Origin: an uncultured virus (IMG/VR IMGVR_UViG_3300006056_003323)
Taxonomy: Duplodnaviria > Heunggongvirae > Uroviricota > Caudoviricetes
Length of the DNA: 20,000 nt
Reading direction: 5' to 3' (one strand)
IMG/VR virus record: IMGVR_UViG_3300006056_003323
The notes under the pieces were generated by a model, which was not told where the DNA came from, made no database searches, and saw nothing but the letters and a program-made list of their open reading frames with translations. Below are positions 17,218 through 20,000 of this stretch, piece by piece; the stretch's first letter is position 1, and the number at the start of each line of letters is the position of its first letter. A program made the translations under genes and the position numbers.

Positions 17218-18147
17218 TCAGGTCTGGATCCTCTGCAAACCTTCGTCGGACAGAACGTCTGCCGACACGATCCCGTCCGCGAGCCACTGCAGGCTGTCTT
17301 CTGGCGGCGGTTCGGCGAGAAGCTCCTCGATGTCGCCAATCCTTCCCTGGGTCATGTAGACGATCTTGCTCGAGATCATTCGACGCAGAAGCCCCAGAGA
17401 GAACGGAGCCGAGCGAGGGGGCGGCAGCGAAGAGGTGAACAGCGGGCTCTCCGGGTTCACCCATCGGTTGGAAAAATACTGACGAGACTTCAGCATTCTC
17501 TCGAGCGAAACTTTCTCATCGATCCTCGCGTCGAGCGATGACCAGAGCAGCTCTGCAGCCTCGAACGTGACGAACGGATACGTCCTGTAGTCCACCGTTG
17601 CAGACCATGGATAGGGCGTCTTGTACGAGGATTCCTTTGGCTTGAAGTCCGATCGACGAAGAAGACGAAGCGCGTCCTCCGTCATTTTCGTTGCTTCGTT
17701 CTCGAGCTTGCCGGGAGAGAACTCCGGGGTCCTCTCTTGCCTGTAGCGCATGAGAGACAAGAAGCGCTCCGACATCGCAGCGCAAAACCACATCGGACAA
17801 GCCCTCGACAAAAGATCGCTCACCGACGGATATCCAATCCAAGCGTCACGCTCCTCGTCGCTCGCCATGACGATGTCAGCCATCATCCTTCGGAAGCGAA
17901 GGTCCACGATGGGGTCAGAAGGCTGCGCGTCTTGACGAACCAGAATCGCTTGTCGACAGGTCAGGTACGGCAGTCCTCCGTACGCAGATCGATCGCGGGC
18001 GTTCATTGAGAGAAGCTCGATCGCTTCTCCGGGCTCGAGCGCGGCGAGTCCGACGAGAAGGTTGATGTTTCGGTTCTTCTTGACCTTCTTCTTCGTCAGC
18101 TCCCAGACCCTCGAGTCGATCATGGGCGGCGGCGCGATCGTCTTCAT
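17218..18147 (-). CDS. Hypothetical protein, possible distant member of the 11.5-15.1 kb paralog family
   Basis: PMIDSRVW..LL..L...PGEA and MWFCAAMSERFL echo the array motifs; TATTTT 6 nt upstream of ATG 18147. Confidence 0.7.
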   Translation of the reverse strand: MKTIAPPPMIDSRVWELTKKKVKKNRNINLLVGLAALEPGEAIELLSMNARDRSAYGGLPYLTCRQAILVRQDAQPSDPIVDLRFRRMMADIVMASDEERDAWIGYPSVSDLLSRACPMWFCAAMSERFLSLMRYRQERTPEFSPGKLENEATKMTEDALRLLRRSDFKPKESSYKTPYPWSATVDYRTYPFVTFEAAELLWSSLDARIDEKVSLERMLKSRQYFSNRWVNPESPLFTSSLPPPRSAPFSLGLLRRMISSKIVYMTQGRIGDIEELLAEPPPEDSLQWLADGIVSADVLSDEGLQRIQT

Positions 18148-18159
18148 GGACTGAAAATA

Positions 18160-18179
18160 CACTGGAATCCAAGCCAGTG
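18160..18179. promoter_or_regulatory. Inverted repeat CACTGG-N8-CCAGTG between divergent -10 boxes (candidate operator)
   Basis: Palindrome in the 46-nt divergent gap immediately upstream of an XRE gene, flanked by TATTTT(-) and TAGCAT(+). Confidence 0.4.
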
Positions 18180-18193
18180 ATAGCATCCGAGAG

Positions 18194-18583
18194 ATGACAA
18201 CAAGCGGGAGACCCTACGACGAGCCGGTGTTCGGCAGCTACCTTCGGATGATCCGACTCGAGGCCGGAATCAGCCAAAGAAAGCTCGCCGGGATGCTCAA
18301 CATCTCGCCTACGTTCCTCTGCGAGGTCGAGAACGGGCATGGCAGGACCCTCGACGACGTCCGCTGCAGGGAGGTCAAGAAGCTGCTGCCCAACGCAGAC
18401 CTCGAGCTGCTGCTGCAGCTGCGCGAGCGATGCTTGAGAGCCTTGGTGTTCCCCACCGACGAAGTGAGCCCCACGAAGAGGCGCCTGCTCGTCGAGGTCT
18501 ACGAGAGTCTCTTCGACGGATCGCTGTCTGATGAGCGCGCCGAAGAGATGCTACGCGAGCTTCAAGCTCGACGAGAAGCTTGA
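18194..18583 (+). CDS. XRE-family helix-turn-helix regulator (paralog of 4022-4426)
   Basis: FGSYLRMIRLEAGISQRKLAGMLNISPTFLCEVENG; C-terminal DGSLSDE resembles DGTLSEQ of the first copy. Confidence 0.9.
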   Translation: MTTSGRPYDEPVFGSYLRMIRLEAGISQRKLAGMLNISPTFLCEVENGHGRTLDDVRCREVKKLLPNADLELLLQLRERCLRALVFPTDEVSPTKRRLLVEVYESLFDGSLSDERAEEMLRELQARREA

Positions 18584-19779
18584 TCCTTCGCGACCTTCTG
18601 CGCGATCGCGGTCACGCCGATCACGGCCGCGCCGAGACCCGCGACCAAGAGACCGGTGCGGACGCCCTTCGAGAGCGCGCCAGACGGCGCGACACCCGAT
18701 CGTCCGATGACCCTCCGGATGTCGTTCGCGATCCTCGAAGAGCCGAGATTCTCGATCTCCGAAGGCAGGTTCTTCACGGACTGCAGCGCGTGCTCGAGCT
18801 GGCCCTTCGCCAGGCGGAAGGACAGGTCCCGCGTCGCGAACCGACGGACATGCTCCATCGCCCACTGGTCCCGCTCGCTGAGATCATCCTCCGCGCGCAC
18901 CGCGTACCGACGAAGCTCGGAGCCGATCTTCTCGAGCCTCCGGCGAAGGGACTCCCCATCGCTGCCGAGCGACGCGGCGCCGCTCGACAACGTCTCGAGG
19001 ATCCGCGTCGTGGCCTTCGACTCGAACGCCTGCGTGTACGCGTCTCGCTCACGCCCGCGAAGCCCACGGTTGTCCGCACCCTCCGTCGAGAGACGGGAGA
19101 TCTGGCTCATGATCGCCCGTCGGATCGACGGGTTCTGGATGGAAGCGTCGCGCCCGTACGACCGCAGCTGCTTGCGCAGCGCCGGCACCGCACGGTCCCC
19201 ATCGGCCTCTCCGCGAGCGATCGCAGAACCATCGAGCTGCGCCCGCCCCGACGGACGAGCCTCGGGACGAGAGTCTGAGGATCGCTCCTTCTCCTCGTCA
19301 TCGCGCGTCGCGAGCTCGCCAGAAGACCTGGAGAGCACCCCGGAGTCCGTCGGGTTGAGGTGAACGATCTTCGTGTAGAACGCGCTCGAGGGATCAGGAC
19401 GACCGCCCTCCGAAAAGACCCTGAACAGAGCCTTCTTCGCAGCCATCGGCGTCCGGAAGAAGCCGTCGGTCAGCGACTTCCCGATCTTGTACATCTTGTC
19501 GTAGTCCTTCTCGCCTTGCGCCGCGAGAATCAAAAACTCACCGTTGTGAGTCTCGACAGGGATGTACTGCTTCGCAGCGCGCTCCCCGGAACGACGATAG
19601 AGCTTGCCGCTCGGAGCGGGCAGCTCCGGATCCTTGTCGTCCTCGTCGACCTTGCCGGCGCCTCGGCGAGCCATCCCGCTCGGCGCAGGAAGCTCGGCGT
19701 CCGCGTTCACGTCCGGGCCGAGCTCCTTCAGCTTCTTCTTGGAGGGGACCTCTCCGCTGCTTCTCTTCGCGTGCTTCAT
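18562..19779 (-). CDS. Charged low-complexity protein with a C-terminal TM anchor and a duplicated ELPAPSG motif
   Basis: Ends GVRTGLLVAGLGAAVIGVTAIAQKVAKDQASRRA*; TATCAT 7 nt before ATG 19779 (alternative ATG 19788). Confidence 0.8.
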   Translation of the reverse strand: MKHAKRSSGEVPSKKKLKELGPDVNADAELPAPSGMARRGAGKVDEDDKDPELPAPSGKLYRRSGERAAKQYIPVETHNGEFLILAAQGEKDYDKMYKIGKSLTDGFFRTPMAAKKALFRVFSEGGRPDPSSAFYTKIVHLNPTDSGVLSRSSGELATRDDEEKERSSDSRPEARPSGRAQLDGSAIARGEADGDRAVPALRKQLRSYGRDASIQNPSIRRAIMSQISRLSTEGADNRGLRGRERDAYTQAFESKATTRILETLSSGAASLGSDGESLRRRLEKIGSELRRYAVRAEDDLSERDQWAMEHVRRFATRDLSFRLAKGQLEHALQSVKNLPSEIENLGSSRIANDIRRVIGRSGVAPSGALSKGVRTGLLVAGLGAAVIGVTAIAQKVAKDQASRRA

Positions 19780-19828
19780 GGTTGACATGATACCCGAAAA
19801 CCTGGATCGCCACCACGGCGGCGCAACC

Positions 19829-19999
19829 TCAGCGACGAGACTTCGAACGAGACGCCTTGCGCTTCTTCGGAGGAGACTTCCGCTGGGTCTTCTTGGGTGC
19901 AGACCTCTTCGAGACGGGCTTCTTCGAGACGGGCTTCTTCGAGACGGGCTTCTTCGAGACGGGCTTCTTCGTGGAAGCCTTTCGAGGACGTGATCTATC
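19829..19999 (-). CDS. 3' end of a gene with a histone-H1-like Lys/Arg/Ser/Pro-rich tail (start lies beyond the window)
   Basis: Minus frame reads DRSRPRKAST(KKPVS)4KRSAPKKTQRKSPPKKRKASRSKSRR*. Confidence 0.75.
   Translation of the reverse strand, partial: DRSRPRKASTKKPVSKKPVSKKPVSKKPVSKRSAPKKTQRKSPPKKRKASRSKSRR
19906..19971. repeat. Perfect 15-bp tandem repeat (TCTTCGAGACGGGCT) x4.4, encoding KKPVS
   Basis: Units start at 19906, 19921, 19936, 19951, with a partial unit at 19966. Confidence 0.95.
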
Positions 20000-20000
20000 T

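Noticed and set aside
19906..19971. Possible CRISPR array or iteron set
   Set aside because: There are no spacers, and the 15-bp unit is in frame within a coding tail.
1..20000. Wholesale TAA or TAG recoding in this window
   Set aside because: Genes tile almost completely under the standard code, and I found no gene broken by an in-frame TAA. TAG ends domains sensibly, for example right after the PG-binding domain.

Overview
GC-rich, densely coding window with frequent strand switches. It is most consistent with part of a large bacteriophage or other mobile element of a high-GC bacterium (inference: there are no housekeeping operons, and it carries a putative peptidoglycan hydrolase, a phage-type radical SAM enzyme, an NrdH-like redoxin, XRE regulators and a lone tRNA). 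About 29 probable CDSs, mostly hypothetical. Highlights: (1) a canonical cloverleaf tRNA whose anticodon is UUA (ochre suppressor) at 17094-17165(-); (2) a tandem array of four diverged paralogs with an Imm-5-like helical core and a shared N-terminal 'RHPxY..SxD' module, plus a possible fifth copy; (3) at least five proteins, from otherwise different families, ending in a Gly/Ala-rich transmembrane helix with a basic tail, often after an 'RG[AV]' motif, resembling a C-terminal sorting or anchoring signal; (4) a recurrent TAnnnT box 6-8 nt before ATG, suggesting leaderless transcription; (5) an RNA-ligase-like protein lacking the catalytic lysine, an orphan MqsA-like antitoxin, a membrane-tethered glutaredoxin and a histone-H1-like tail. 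All family calls come from motif recognition by eye, not from database searches.
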